Source: Raillietiella orientalis
Lineage: Eukaryota
Length of the DNA stretch: 64,000 nucleotides
Assembly: GCA_036172245.1 (NCBI GenBank)
Contig: JAYWIR010000030.1
Span: 558,001-622,000 of the forward strand
Reading direction: 5' to 3'
The stretch's first letter is position 1, and each line of letters begins with the position of its first letter. Shown in pieces: positions 51,001 through 63,607 of the stretch. A program made the position numbers and the translations under genes. The notes beneath the pieces were generated by a model that saw only the letters and a program-made list of their open reading frames with translations, did no database searches and was not told the DNA's origin.

Positions 51001-54000
51001 CGTCCAGAGGCCTGGATAGGGAGCATAGTCCCGTGGTGGAATAGGGTTCGTCCTTCTTCGTCCCTTCTTAAACCCCTATCAGCGCACCGGGGAATGGCAC
51101 ATCCCACACAGTTGTACGGGTAAACCGAAAATGGCAACCCTCGCCTCAGCTCGTCCAGCTCGTCCTTGTTAGGATGTGCAAGTCATTTCTGGGATGCCAG
51201 ATCCAAGAGACGAATGGGAGGAGGGGGGGTTTCAAGGGTAAGAGCTCCGCCGAAGAGCCGGCACACGCGGCGAATGGGAAGGGGAGGCATCCCACAACCA
51301 TCCCACGGGAAACTCGGACCGCGGGTTCGAGGTGATCGTGCAATAAGAATCCGCTCGGTGCAAACCCGTGCCGGGATGACCGCCTCATCGCGGACCGGAG
51401 TCCCTCGAGCGTCACGAATCCTCTGAGAAACCGAACCGGAATGGCGGCTCTGTGAGCGTCCGAGGTGATCGATCACAGGTGAAAGTCTCCCCGCTGAAAG
51501 TTCTCGTTTAGCCAGCAGGCGTCCGAGCACGGAAGCGGGTGACCCCTTCGAGAGCACGCGGGACCTTCCTCGACCCGCGCGCACGCAACTGCGCATCGGC
51601 GCATCTCCCCTCCTCCCCGTTCCCCTCCGAAGCAAGGAGCAGAGAGGAAGCATCCTCTCGGAGGATGTTCTCGCCGGCCTCCCGAGAAAAGGGAATCCAG
51701 CACCGTTCGAGCGGAAATGCCCTTGGAGGTGGCTGGAGCGAAGCCGAAGGCGCTGCCAGCACCACCTGCTCTTCCACCCCACCCCCCTCCTCCCTTTCTG
51801 AGGAAGCCTTCTCACGAGAGATCACCGCGAAGCTCCCTGGAAAAAAGCGCGAAGAGGACAAAGGTCCTCCGACTCAGCTTGCGGCTGGAGGTGCGCTCGG
51901 AGATCCGGGGGCTCAGGAGAGGTGCCATCATCGCACGAAACTCATCCTAGTCCTCGCAGCCTCTGACCTTTCTCATATTGCACTCGTCCATGTCACGCGC
52001 GCATCTAGCTCGGGACCTTTCTTTTGCAAGAGCCAGCTAGAAAGGCCGATCCCCATCCATGGGAAGGCTTGCGCCTGGCTGGACCTGGCCGGTCATCTGA
52101 AGGGATAACCGATGGCCGGAGTGTCCAGCGTCGAGTCGGTGGACGCTCGCCTAAAAGACCTGCCATTTTTGGGAAGGAGGCAGAGTTTCCGCTTCCAGCT
52201 GCTTCTCTCCGCGCTCCTCGAAGTCCCTCCCGTCCTGTCCTCCCTTCCCGTTACCCCATCTCGAGCGCCCCTCGGACCGGTCAGCCGGCGGGAGGCGACG
52301 TCGGGAAGGCCGATGGATGACTTTGTCGGATTTCCGCTTCGAACCGTTTTGTTTGAGCTGGTAATTGCCCTTGGATGGTGGAAACAAAAGGACCAGCGAG
52401 CGAGAGAGCTGCTGCAACTCTCTGTAGCTCATCCGTCCCCGTCGCTCCCATGAAGATTCCCTCTGCACTTCAATCCCTCTCAACGGTCCTTTTTTTTCTT
52501 TCTTTCCCAGCTCCGGCATCCATGTTGCTCGGTCACTCCAGTCTGCCCCTTCCTTCCCGAGGAACCTGCATGGAGACTCCCTTTCCTCTGGGGAGATGGC
52601 GCCCGTTGAACCCTCCGTTCTCCGCGAATCCTGTCGCTAACCTTGCGAGATTGCTCCTGACCCACGTTCCTAGTTGGAGGAGCTTGGCGTTCTGGAGCCA
52701 GCGGGCCTGCCTCCCCTTCCTTGAGACTCTTCTTTCTGGGACCTCGCCTCGGCTGATTGATCCGCGGGTGGAACGGGCGAGTGCGCTCGTAAGAAAGTGG
52801 GTGGGATCTGAAAAAGGGTAGGAAAGGGTGAAACCCCCGTAGTGTACGGGGCCCCAGGGGCGGGCGCGCGCGGGAAACGCGCGGTCATTAAGGGAGAGCC
52901 AAAGGGCTGACTCCTTCGTGGGTCCGGTGTGTGAGAAAGGACAGCGGCGAAGCGAAGAAGCCGGTCGACGTGGACATCGGCTCACGCGAGCCGCCGCTCT
53001 CGGCTCTACCACCGGAGGGTCCTTACGTTCGATTCCCGATCTGCATTGGCCGCTGCCTTTACTTTCCTTCGGGCTCTCGAAGGTCTCCGTGTGGGCGGAG
53101 CTGATGCACCACACCAGAAAGAATATGCCTGCTCGTTTTCCTCCTTGACCCACTTGGAAGGATAGGAGGGGAGGGGAAGGAGGGGGGGAGAAACAAAAAT
53201 ATATATATATATATTCTTGATTTGCAGCGTGGAATTCATCCATCCCAAACTGGGTTCTTGGGAAGTAAACTTTTGTTTATTTATTTATTTTAACCCGGTG
53301 TTCCTTCCGTGAGAGGAGCACTCCATGGGGAGTGATCCACATCGCAGCCGGGACTCCGACGCGCTTGTTGAGCTAACGAAAGAGGAGGGTGGGTCGGCGG
53401 ATGCCAGCGAGTTCCCTGCACCACCTCCGCATCCCATTTCCTGGCAGCAAGGGTGTGCTTCCAGGCATAGGAGATTCCAGGGTCTTCTTCCTTCGACGCG
53501 GGTTCCCCTGGGAGAGGCGCCCCCACCTGTCTTGTTCTTCCAACTTCTCCCTCCCCCCCGGATGCTCATGCTTCAGGTCTGGTCGACCGAGAGAAAAGGA
53601 CAACTGCGATGAAGGAAGGAAGGGGGGACGCCTCCGTCGGCGTAACCGCGCACGCCCCGCCGGACGTTTTTGTCTCCCTCTCCGGGCTCCACTTGTGATA
53701 CTTCCGAAAGCAAAGCATCGGCGCATCCCGTCTGGAAATACCTCCTTGATTCCCGGTGGATGACCCCCTTCATTCATCGCCGATCCCTCCACCCTCCCCT
53801 CAGCAGATGCCCTTTGCCGTCGCCTGTCTCCCTTTGGCGAGACCTTTCTCCTCGCCCAGCAGCGCTGCCGCGAGGCACGTCCGGACCGCGGTTCCGCCGT
53901 CCGCTTCGAGCAGGAGGTTTTGCGGTGCTTCTTCTTCTTCTCTCGACTCCTCCGGAGCCCGGTTCGCCCCACTGCATCCCAGTTACTGCCTGGCGCCGGA

Positions 54001-55263
54001 CAGGGCTAAGGAGACCCACTCGAAGGCCGTCTCCCTCCTCAAACCTTGCGGCAGGGTCCGGGGCGCTTCAGCTCGCACCGGAGTTCCTCCATAGGGTGGG
54101 AGTTCCCAGGACAATCGGTGAAGAGATGATCGGATTTGGATGGGATCAGAGCCAACAGCCAGCCCGAGGCGCCGCTTCCGGGCTGCTTGCTTCGCGCGCC
54201 TCATCGCTCGACCGGCTCCTTGGCTTCAACCCAGCAAAGATCAACTTCCTCCGCCCGATCCAACCTGATGCCCGGCTTCCTGGGCGCGTGGTGGAGCGAA
54301 GGAAAAGCCACGCAGGCGCGTTCGCGCATGCTGTGGATGCCACTTGCAGCACGTTGCCTAGAGACGGTCCGAAGATCGACGCGTTCCGCCGTTCTTTCAG
54401 TGGCCCGCCGCAGCTGCCATCCCCGGCAGAGCCGCGCGGCTCGATTTTCCTTTCTCTCCCTCCTCTCGGAAAAATGGAGTCCTACCTCGAAACACCGGAA
54501 GAACACCTCCGGCATTGGCCTTGGAAGGAGGAAACGGTCTGGGAGCTGGGAAGCGTCCTGGTCGTCGGAGGCGCCCTCGTTCCAGGCTCGCTGGAAGCGA
54601 GGTGGGTGTGGCGGGAGTCGCGCGCGCCGGTTGACGTGGCAACTCGTCCGGGATGGTCACTCGGGATTTTTCTTTTCACCCCAGGCTTCTAGAGCTCGGA
54701 AAGCGGTGAGGACCCGAAAGGCTCCTCGGGATCATCTTCTACGGACTCCGCTTCCGTTCCTGGATCCCGACTGTCCCCCAAGAGCCGAGGGGTCACCTCC
54801 AGAGAGCTCCCTTCGGTCCTGAAGTCGTGAGAGTGCGCTGCCTTCTCGGAGGGGGCACTGCCCCACCGTCGGCTGCCGTTCCGACTTCCGACTCCGGGAG
54901 CGTTGCCCGCTCCCAGATGCTGTGCCTCATATTCTCCCTGTTGGCATCGCGCTCGCAGGAGACGAAAGGCGCCAGCGGAGCGCGCGCCTCTCCCTCCTCG
55001 CTTTCTCCTGGTCGTGCCGTGTCCTCGGAGGGGGGGGAGAGGTTAGCGGCAGCTCGCGCAGAGGTTTCGAAACCTCGTCTCCTGGTCAGTTGCGAGAGAT
55101 CATTACGCTTGCTCCCCCCCTCCCTTTCCCAGTCTCCTCCGAAGAACCGGATTCCTTCACCTCGCTTTTTTTGACGCGCCAAAACGACTGCAAGAGAAAG
55201 TGAGGGGCTCAGAGTTGCTCAGCATCCCCACCTGCAAAGATCGTCCGCCGAGGAAGAGCAGCC

Positions 55264-55374
55264 ATGAGAACTCTCGCCTGTGAAGCGTTTCTCCTGTCTC
55301 TGATGTTCCACGATCTCGTAGCCGCGAGTTCCGGAGCCCCCGGCGGAGAGGACTTTGCTTCGGGAGGAACCCTG
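55264..55374 (+). CDS. exon 1 (signal peptide) of a putative secreted cystatin-fold protein
   Basis: GCAGCC-ATG context; encodes MRTLACEAFLLSLMFHDLVAASSGAPGGEDFASGGTL, followed by a consensus donor CTG|GTGAGT in phase 0. Confidence 0.6.
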
Positions 55375-58136
55375 GTGAGTTTACCCCTCCGTGTGGCTGC
55401 TCGCGGCCTCGGGGTGCGCGTAGAGGTCGGCAAAGTGCTGCTCAGGGGATACCCCGACTGCACTCGCTGAGTGGCGTTGGTCGGATGGACCAATCACAAG
55501 ATCTGAATGTGTTCCTCCATCTTTATTCTCCATGCCCCTCCCTCCTCACCCTTCCATCAGACTGCCCCACCGCGGAAGCTGCCTTCACCTCCAAGTGATG
55601 GCAGAACGCGAGCTCTCAGAGCAGCGTCCCCTCTCCTCCGTGCAGGCGTCTCCAAGATCCACCTGGAACCCCTTTCCGGTCCTTCCTTCTCAGGACCGTT
55701 CCACATCCCTGTTCCAGCTGGTTCCCTTCCGGTTCGAGGTGCCTTCGGCTCCCACTCTTTTCCTTCAGTAGCCTTGAAGCGTTCCGGAAGCTGCTTCAGC
55801 CGTTGCCTAGGGAGATCGCGTTTCTCAGTGGAACATGATCTACAGCACTCGAGTGTCTGCAGAGATGTGGCAAGTGCCGGTACTCTCGTCCAAGGTCCAC
55901 CTTCTTTCCCGAACGATCCGTGAGCGCTCGTCCGCGGAACAGACGTCGCGCGTCTCCGTCGCTGATGCGAGGGAGTTCCTCCCGGCGGTGACGTCACTCG
56001 TGGTGAGGGAAGTGTGGAGGAGGCGTGGGGATGCTGCTCGCCTGCAAGTAAGGAGACGCTGGCTTCTTGGAATTAGGGGGGGGGAGAGACCTGAGGCAAA
56101 GAGCCGACGCAAGACACAGTGGCATTCCTTCGTGGTACAGCGCATGTTGCCCGGACAGCAAAGAGTTCCTCATCAACGAGTAGTTCAGTTTATACTCTTT
56201 GCCTCCACAGCATTCAGTGCGCGTCACGTAATGTTGGTCAGCTGGATGCAATGATGCCGACCTCAGGGTTCCCTAGGTGACCACTTCTTCCCTGCGCTGC
56301 TGAAGGTTCCCGGAAGCAAAAAACCGCGCCCCTATCGGTCCGTCAGTGGTGATCTTCAAGCCGGAGATAGACGGATAGTCCTGAAGGAGCGCTTTAGGGA
56401 CTCCTGCATGCTGGGATCTTTGTCTCCGGAAGCTTCCGTCCGTCGCGCACGTCGAAGCAGTGCGCGCGACGGGAGGAAGCGCCGGGTGGCGTGCATCCTT
56501 CCGTCCGAAGTCCCTTTCTTTCCCCAGATCTTCCCTTTTGATTTACCCGCCGCGGGAGAAGTTTGACAACCCCAGGCGGCGAACCCTTTCGTTCTTCTGG
56601 AGGCTTCGAGGGATTCGGACCATCCCCTCCCGGGAGCTGAGCTTCCTGGTCTCCTTGGTGCTCACCGAGGAACCCAGGGAGCGTGCCGTCCATTTCGTGG
56701 GAAGATCTGGGGAGGGAAGGAAGGTGGAAAGGAGTTACAGTTCTTCCTCAAGATGTTGGAGGGAGATGTGGACCTCCTGAGAGTGAGAGGACGACGGTGT
56801 CACCTCCCACGCTGGACTGAGGTCCCCCAGCTCCACCATATCCTGCAATCTGGACATTCCCTGCCGAAAGAGGTCGCCGGAGATGGGCAGCTTGTGGAGG
56901 AGATTTTCTCACCTGCAGCGGTTCCCGGGCTTATTGATGGACACCACAAAAACCACTGCCGTGGGGCCTACCCGTGGCCACCGCGAGCCAGGGGTCTTCC
57001 TTTCATCCTCGATGAGCGCTCCGCCAGCTTTCCGAGAAGTCCTTGCTGCGACTCAAAGACTCGCCAGTGGGGCTCGAACTCCTTCTCTTGGACACGGGTG
57101 CTAGGGTCCCCCTGGGCGGGATCGAGCGCGAAGTGCCAGGAAGAGGCGTGGTGGGAATGAGGGGAAGGGGAGACACGCTTCTCTCGAAGGAAGGGCAGAG
57201 AGCCAAGGGGGCGGCTACCGGACCTGGGAGGTTCTGGAATCTGCGGGAAGAGGACTCTGCCACTCGGATCGAGGGATGTAGCGCTGGGAAACGACGGCTG
57301 TCGTCCGCTCGAACTTGCACCGCCCTCTAAAAGAACAGAGGGTCCCCCGTAGATCATAGTGCCGGAGGCGAGGGTCAGACAAGAGCAAGAAAGAGCCTTC
57401 CCGGGATCGCGAGTCGCCTCGACGAACCAGGCGGCGGATTAGCAGAGACCATGGAGGCGGTGCTTCCTTGGCAGGCGAGAAGGTCCTTGGCAGGAGAGGG
57501 AGGTCAAAAATCCCCGGTGAGGCAGGCAGCACGTCCGGTGACAGGGAGACCATAGGGTAGGGCGATGTGAGTCGTTTTTCACCCTGGTCCCGCCGAAAAG
57601 TTCCGATGTTCGGGGGGGACGCCGAGGCGGCGCCTGTCCACAAGAAGAAAAAGGCACCCACTAGCGGCTCTGCCTTCCCGAGGGGCAAGCGTGGGCCTTC
57701 CGCCCGCCTGGGAAACGAAAGGAGGAAGGACGCGCTCCGAGGGCTGCCTTGGAAATGTGAAATGATCAGGGGAAGGAAGAGCAAAGGGAATCAGGAGCGA
57801 TCGGGATGCGTTCCTATTACTATATTCCCCGCGCCACACTCTTCTGGAAGACTCTCTCCCAGGAGGAGGGAGGAAGGAGGTGGTCGCGGTGCACTTTATC
57901 CTCGAAGGAGGCTGGGATCTGATCTCGTGCGAATTTCGAAAAGCAGCCTGCCCGGGGGGTATGGGACATTCTGCCCTCGAGCGAGTATCATACCGATCTT
58001 CCCTCCCCCTCCCCCCCTCCCAACTAGGGGACACCAGAAGTGATCGCTTGGTTCGTTTTTTTTCCCTGGCTGAAGTGGTCGTTTTTTCTCCGCCCTTTCC
58101 CCGTCTCTCTCTCTCCTCCTTTACTCCATCTTCCAG

Positions 58137-58436
58137 ACGAAGAGGCAGGCCGCCGTCGCTCTAACCAGGGAGCAGAACCCGAAGGAGTACGAGAAGGCTG
58201 GGCAGCTCCTGCAGGACGTGCTCCTCTCCCTGTCGGGGCACGATGAAGGGTGTACACCCGACGAGATCACGGATCTGAAGATAGGCAGCGGCTTCCTGGG
58301 GGAGAAGTACATCTTCCAGGCATCCTTCAAATGCCCTGACGGGTCCTCACGGCAGTGCGACCTAACGGTCTACCCGAAAGGGCCTCACGGCCGTCCCAAG
58401 CTGACCAGCGCAGGGTGCGTCAACACACGCCAGTAA
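58137..58436 (+). CDS. terminal exon of a putative secreted cystatin-fold protein
   Basis: Long polypyrimidine tract ending TTCCAG|, phase 0. GC3-biased 99-codon frame TKRQAAVALTREQNPKEYEKAGQLLQDVLLSLSGHDEGCTPDEITDLKIGSGFLGEKYIFQASFKCPDGSSRQCDLTVYPKGPHGRPKLTSAGCVNTRQ*. The helix, KY strand and Cys pattern resemble arthropod cystatin domains. Confidence 0.65.
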   Translation, partial: TKRQAAVALTREQNPKEYEKAGQLLQDVLLSLSGHDEGCTPDEITDLKIGSGFLGEKYIFQASFKCPDGSSRQCDLTVYPKGPHGRPKLTSAGCVNTRQ

Positions 58437-59249
58437 TGAAAAGAGATGTGGCGTCGAGTAGGCAGGTGTGCCCTCTCGGCCTTCTTACCTGCGCCACCGC
58501 CGCAGACAGCGGCATCCTCGGATCAGAAGGAAGAAACAGGAATCAAAACTAAAAAAAAAAAAAATAAAAGACCGAAAAAAGGAAGGGAGAGAGGCGCAAT
58601 TTCTTGGGTTGGATTTCGAGACTATCCTTTCCCTTCCTCTCCCTTCCTCTCTCTCCCACTTCCGTTTCTCTTTCCCATGTGACTTCTCCTGAAAAGGAAA
58701 ATAGGGCTGGGCGGGAATCGAGCCACGCAACGTGACCATCATCCTCGTGGAAGGGCTATCTCGAGGGCTCGAGGGCTGTTGATGACCCTTTGGCGAAAAA
58801 TACTTACAGTGCGGATCCTTCCTTATCTACCAAAGAGGGGTACCGGATATCCAGTGCCAACCTGCAGCATCGAACGAAACGATGATGAACGAAACCCTTT
58901 TCTTGATGAAGGAAAAACAAACCAAAACAAAAAACAAAAATGGAAGACAGTGGCAACCCTGCTTGCAAAGATTCTGGTTCCTGTAAGATGGCCACCTCTT
59001 TTTTCCCCCATCGCCTCTTTGTCTTCCTCGATCTCAGCTCACCGGCTTTCCTGGAATCCACAGGTGGCAGCTAGCAGATAACGCCGCCCACTCGAGGAAA
59101 GCAGAACGCACCTGAAGGGAGCAGAAAATGAGCACAGCAATGAGAGAGGATTCCTTTCTTCCTACAGGATCCTTCCTCCTCAAGGCGACACCGTAGAGGA
59201 GAGGTGCCCTCCTATCTTCATGGGAGAAGGCGCAAATCCAAGCGGTGAG

Positions 59250-60650
59250 TTCCTCTCGGCTTGGCATTACGAGCCGCCATATTAGGAATGGAGCAGAACA
59301 AAATGGTGGGTCTTGGGTGTTCCCAGCTATTGCATGCTGACATGTACGTGCACACGGAGAAAAAGGAGCCCCTGCTTTTTTCAAGACTATTTCCGTGCTG
59401 CGCCTCGGACCAGTGTGTTTTGGTTCGAGAGAATCTTGGACTTGTTTCAAGAGGACATGTCCTCTTCTGCTTCCTCGCTTTCGAGTTACCAGATAGACAG
59501 GGTTCTCCTCTTACAAAGACGGACAACTACAGCATCCTGGTGAAGGGAGGGGATGCCTACTTGGAGGCGAATTGACCCGAGTGAAGCTTCTGCAGATCAT
59601 TGCTCTTGAACAGGTTGTGGAGAGAACTAGAGGTTGCCTATCATCTAATTCGAGAGAAAATAGCCTCTCCATCTCAGGGAGGTCACTTCTTGATCCACTA
59701 TGGTTTAGTAGTCCTCATTATCCAGTCAGAACATACTACCAGGAAAATACGGAAAGAGGAACTTTAGTTCTTATGAAGCATCTATCCAACCAGAAGATGG
59801 CCAACTGCTTTTAGGTCATAATCATAAATTCTTGTCCTCTCAACATCCATGTCTGTCGTCCTGCTAGAGGTATCGTAGGCGAATCCAATTTCGCTGGATT
59901 TCCTGTACTATACCTTCCATGTGACTGACTTTTTGGACGATACCCAAACGCGAGTCTCTTCCCACTGGAGTAGGGAGCACAACTGCTGTGATCTTGGGAC
60001 AAGCGTCAGTAATTTGCTGCCGTCATCTAGAGCAGGAATCTATGGCTTGCAGTGCCCACCGCAATTCACAAGGATGCAACCCACCTAGTGAGCTCAAACC
60101 AGAGCGCAGTCACTACGAAACGCTAAGTTATGGAGAATTCAGTCTCTTAGAAGATGCCGCTACCAGCGATGTTTCTCACGCATAGTTGGATCCTTGTGGA
60201 AGAGCCAGGACATTCCGAGAGACCAAGTTCTCGAACATTCCAGAAGCTTTAGCGACGTAAAATTTTTCAAGGCTCCAGTCTGCAGACGATTTCGGTCCTT
60301 GTTTTTCCTATAAAAGAGGGAAGGACTGACAGATGCACCATCAGGCTGCACTGGATGTGCCGAGCTTCAAGACTGATCCTTTCTCATTTTGCACCGCATA
60401 GAAGCTCCTTGCCTTCCGCACTTTGTGACGGCATCTGTCTGGCGAGACGAGGTCCGGCCCCATGTGAGAACGTCTTGATTTCTCTGATTCCATCTAATGT
60501 GCACCCGTGCAAAGAGATAGAGTCTCTTCAGCTGCAACCTTCTTTGCATCCTGAGAAAGATGCTCACGCAACAGCCGGCAAGGAGCTGAGCGCAGAGTCT
60601 ACATATCTCATGGTGCACGTGAAGCTAGTGGCTCACAACTAACCTAGACC
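59250..60650 (+). mobile_element. decayed LINE endonuclease-to-RT region
   Basis: LRAAILGMEQ...ADMYVHTEKKEPLLFSRL (cf. GR....L.....N.YAP....FF..L) and SYQIDRVLL (cf. SRIDR), with many disruptions. Confidence 0.4.
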
Positions 60651-61599
60651 TAAGGTTGACTTTCTCCCAAACCTAGATCCACAAGACGGAAGGAGAGTGG
60701 TCCCATGGATGTTTCCTGTCCCTTAGAAAGCTCCCCGACGGCTTTGAATGAAGGAAGACAAACAAAAGAAATCGAATGGTGAAAATTTCCTCTCCACTTT
60801 CCGTCATCCCTACTCCCAGAGTCGGTAAGGGCACTGTCATGGAGTCCTCAAGGGTGCTGCCGAATAGAGAAAGTACATGTCTCGATTTAGGACTCAGTAG
60901 GAAAGGAATGATCTGGTGCAACTGCCAGCTTCATCGCTATATCTGCTCGAAGCATCGAGTGGTTCATCGCCCAAGAAGCAGTGGAAGAAAGAAACATTTC
61001 CCAGACACTAAAGACCTTCCCTGGTTATCAAATCCAAAAACCGTCAAATGATTCAATGTCGTAACAAACGGCCGCAAGGGAACCTCACCTCCAAGAAGTC
61101 GCCATAGAGATCACCAGCACACAGGGCCAACCCTAGAAAGGAAGTATTGGCAAAAAACAAGGACCCCCTGCCCTTACCTTTCCTTTTTTTTTTATATTCT
61201 CCACTATCCCCTCCCTCTCACTCCGAACTTCCCTAAAAGTCGGACTGCTTTGATTCCGATTTGGTTCGACTTTGCTCCCTCACCGCCGCATCCGTGTAAA
61301 GTTTTCCACCCTATAACTCTGGAAGCTGATTCAATGAAAACAAACCAGCTTGGAACACGCTGGTTCCCAACCGGAGGCGAACGAAGTTCAGGGAGAGGGC
61401 CCACCGACATGCAGGTCGGAATTCCTAAGTGTCCGAAACGGGAAGGAGTAGACGACAAATGAATATGGGAATAGGGGAAAGATGGGACAAGGGTCTTTGA
61501 TGTCACTCCTTTCCGATGGATAAAAAAATCCAGAAGAGGTCCAGAGCGAAAGGGAGAGGGCAATCGGAAACGAAATAAATAAAGGGAGGGTGGGGACGA

Positions 61600-62030
61600 G
61601 GGTCACCGGTGTCGGTCGCTCCTTCTCCTCGGAACCGGCGCTGGATGCCGGTGATCTCCGCCTTCACCTCCGCTTCAAGATGAGGCTACTGAGCAGCCGC
61701 CCTTACTTAGACAACTGCCATGCGGGTGACTCCCCGCTTTGGAGCTCGCCTCCGCAACACATGGTGGGTCGTAACCAAGGGTGCACATGAAACGCATTGC
61801 CGTGATCACCGCGCCAGTCGAAAGTCCGCTGCGCGCCAAGAACCGTCGCAGCGAGTCAATCTGCCGCCGACCCACTCCTGGCGCTATTCGGAGGATGCGT
61901 CTGTGCAAAGCAGGAATGCGGCCCTGCCCTGTACTATACCTAAGCTCTGGATGCTCTGAGCTCTGAGTGCTGTTCGCTGCCATGTCCCGTGAGCTCCTCG
62001 CTCCCTCCCTGCAGGCGCGGAAACTTCGAT
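61600..62030 (+). mobile_element. decayed LINE RT fragment
   Basis: AIRRMRLCKAGMRPCPVLY / AKQECGPALYY resembles F...RG.RQGC.L.P.L[FY]. Confidence 0.4.
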
Positions 62031-62048
62031 TCCTTTCTCGTCTATCAG

Positions 62049-62553
62049 ATCAAACTGGAAAGCAGCACATCTGCACAGGCTGCACGAGGCGCAGCAGCAG
62101 CTGCGGCAGCGACTTCCGCCGCCCACGGCGCACCGGCCGCAGCACGCTGTCACCTGTGAGAAGGAGCTGCCCGAGTCCATCGCGGACAACGCCAGCGATT
62201 CTCTGCGAGTGAATGGAGTCCTTCTGCCCTTCAAACGGCTGCGAAAGCCACTGACCAGCCCTTCCATCCCCACGTCTCTGAAGGAGCGGAAGCGGGAGAG
62301 CAGCGCAGAGGATGGCGGCGCCTCGCTAGTCGGAGTCAGCGCGGAGCAACCCGACTCCCGCGAAGAGAGGAAGCAGCAGCATCAGCAGGGACAGGCGAAG
62401 ACAACCAAGCCGAACATGGGCAAAAGAAAGAAACTCCTCGAGAAGCAGAAGAGGATCAGTAACTACGTCCTGGTGATGGACATGTCCAGCATTGTCGTCA
62501 TGGTCGTCGAGAACGAGCTGTCCAGAGCGAGCGTCTACAGCGGGCACATCAAG
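62049..62553 (+). pseudogene. SK: divergent or decayed exon of a small-conductance Ca2+-activated K+ channel (SK/KCNN): N-terminal region plus S1
   Basis: Acceptor TTCCTTTCTCGTCTATCAG|, then an open frame ...DNASDSLRVNGVLLPFKRLRKPLTSPSIP...EDGGASLVGV...KPNMGKRKKLLEKQKRISNYVLVMDMSSIVVMVVENELSRASVY...K|GT. Compare the recalled insect SK sequence [50 protein letters not shown]. Confidence 0.8.
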
Positions 62554-62739
62554 GTGGCGTTCACTAGCTTCTCTTGTCTGTGTGCTCTCCCCTGGTCACA
62601 GTTATCCCTCTCTCTTCTCGCTTTCGCCTCCTTCCGAAGCTTATCCCGTTCCAGAGACTGCAGAGGGCCTTCTTTGGTGGGCGTCCAGGCACCAGAGTGG
62701 TAGTCCACGCCCACGCTTCACATTGGTTGTGCAGTGAGA

Positions 62740-63060
62740 TTCCTTCAGTGAAATTCCCTTGAGCCCCATAGTGAACCCGAACTGTCACAAGTGCGGAGAG
62801 AGAGAATCCCTCCTGCACCTGCTTGTGGACTGTGTTGCCCTCTGGCCTCTATGGGAACGTTTAACCACGACCATAAACATCTCGGTTGGCAACCCCAGGG
62901 ACGTGTTCATACTCCTCCTCGTGAGAGATGCACTGCGGCCGGCTGCTTCCTTAGCAGCTCTTTTCTGCACTCGCGGGATTGCGGCGGTCTGGAGCGGAGC
63001 GGATAGAGGACGGGATGGAAGGGACCCATGCAATTTGCTATCAGCTTTCTGCGTATAGCA
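62740..63060 (+). mobile_element. LINE zf-RVT fragment
   Basis: NPNCHKCGERESLLHLLVDCVALWPLWERL...GNPRDVF...RDALRPAASLAALFC; same family as the 10.1, 45.5 and 50.5 kb copies. Confidence 0.75.
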
Positions 63061-63607
63061 GCCAGATTGACCACCTGACGAGCATGCAGATGGGACTTGC
63101 CAGCAAACTAGAAAGGATGGAGGACACCTCCAGACAGACTGTGATCCCATCCCGTGCATCCCTGAGTTTTTCTCCCTATTTATACGTATTAAGTCCTTTT
63201 TAGTTGCTTTGGGATTTTCACTTGTTCTCTACTCCCTCTGCTATTGAGACGGACCTCGCTGGTCTGCTCACTGGCACCTTTGCAGGTTTCTTTCTCATAT
63301 AGATGAGCGTGGTAGGACCACGTGTCTCATCACAACTTCTGCTACCTTTCTGCGTTTGCAGCGAACGCTACAGAGTGACTGGGTGGCAGTGAGCCCTACC
63401 GATCGCTGTAGGACGCTCAAGCTGGAGGGCAGCATTAGACATCGCTGCGGACACCGGCCAAGTTGAGCCATCGGAGTGGCAACAGATTCGCCACCTTGGA
63501 TGGGAGTGGAGTTTTCTCTTTTTCTGGTTCGCAAAGTACTCAGGAACATCCTTAAAAGAGTCACAAAACTTTCTGACATTGTCCACGTTCCCCGAGTGCG
63601 CGTGTGA

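Noticed and set aside
53670..54822. 340-aa and 228-aa ORFs
   Set aside because: No coherent domain; only faint, frameshifted LINE RT-like words.
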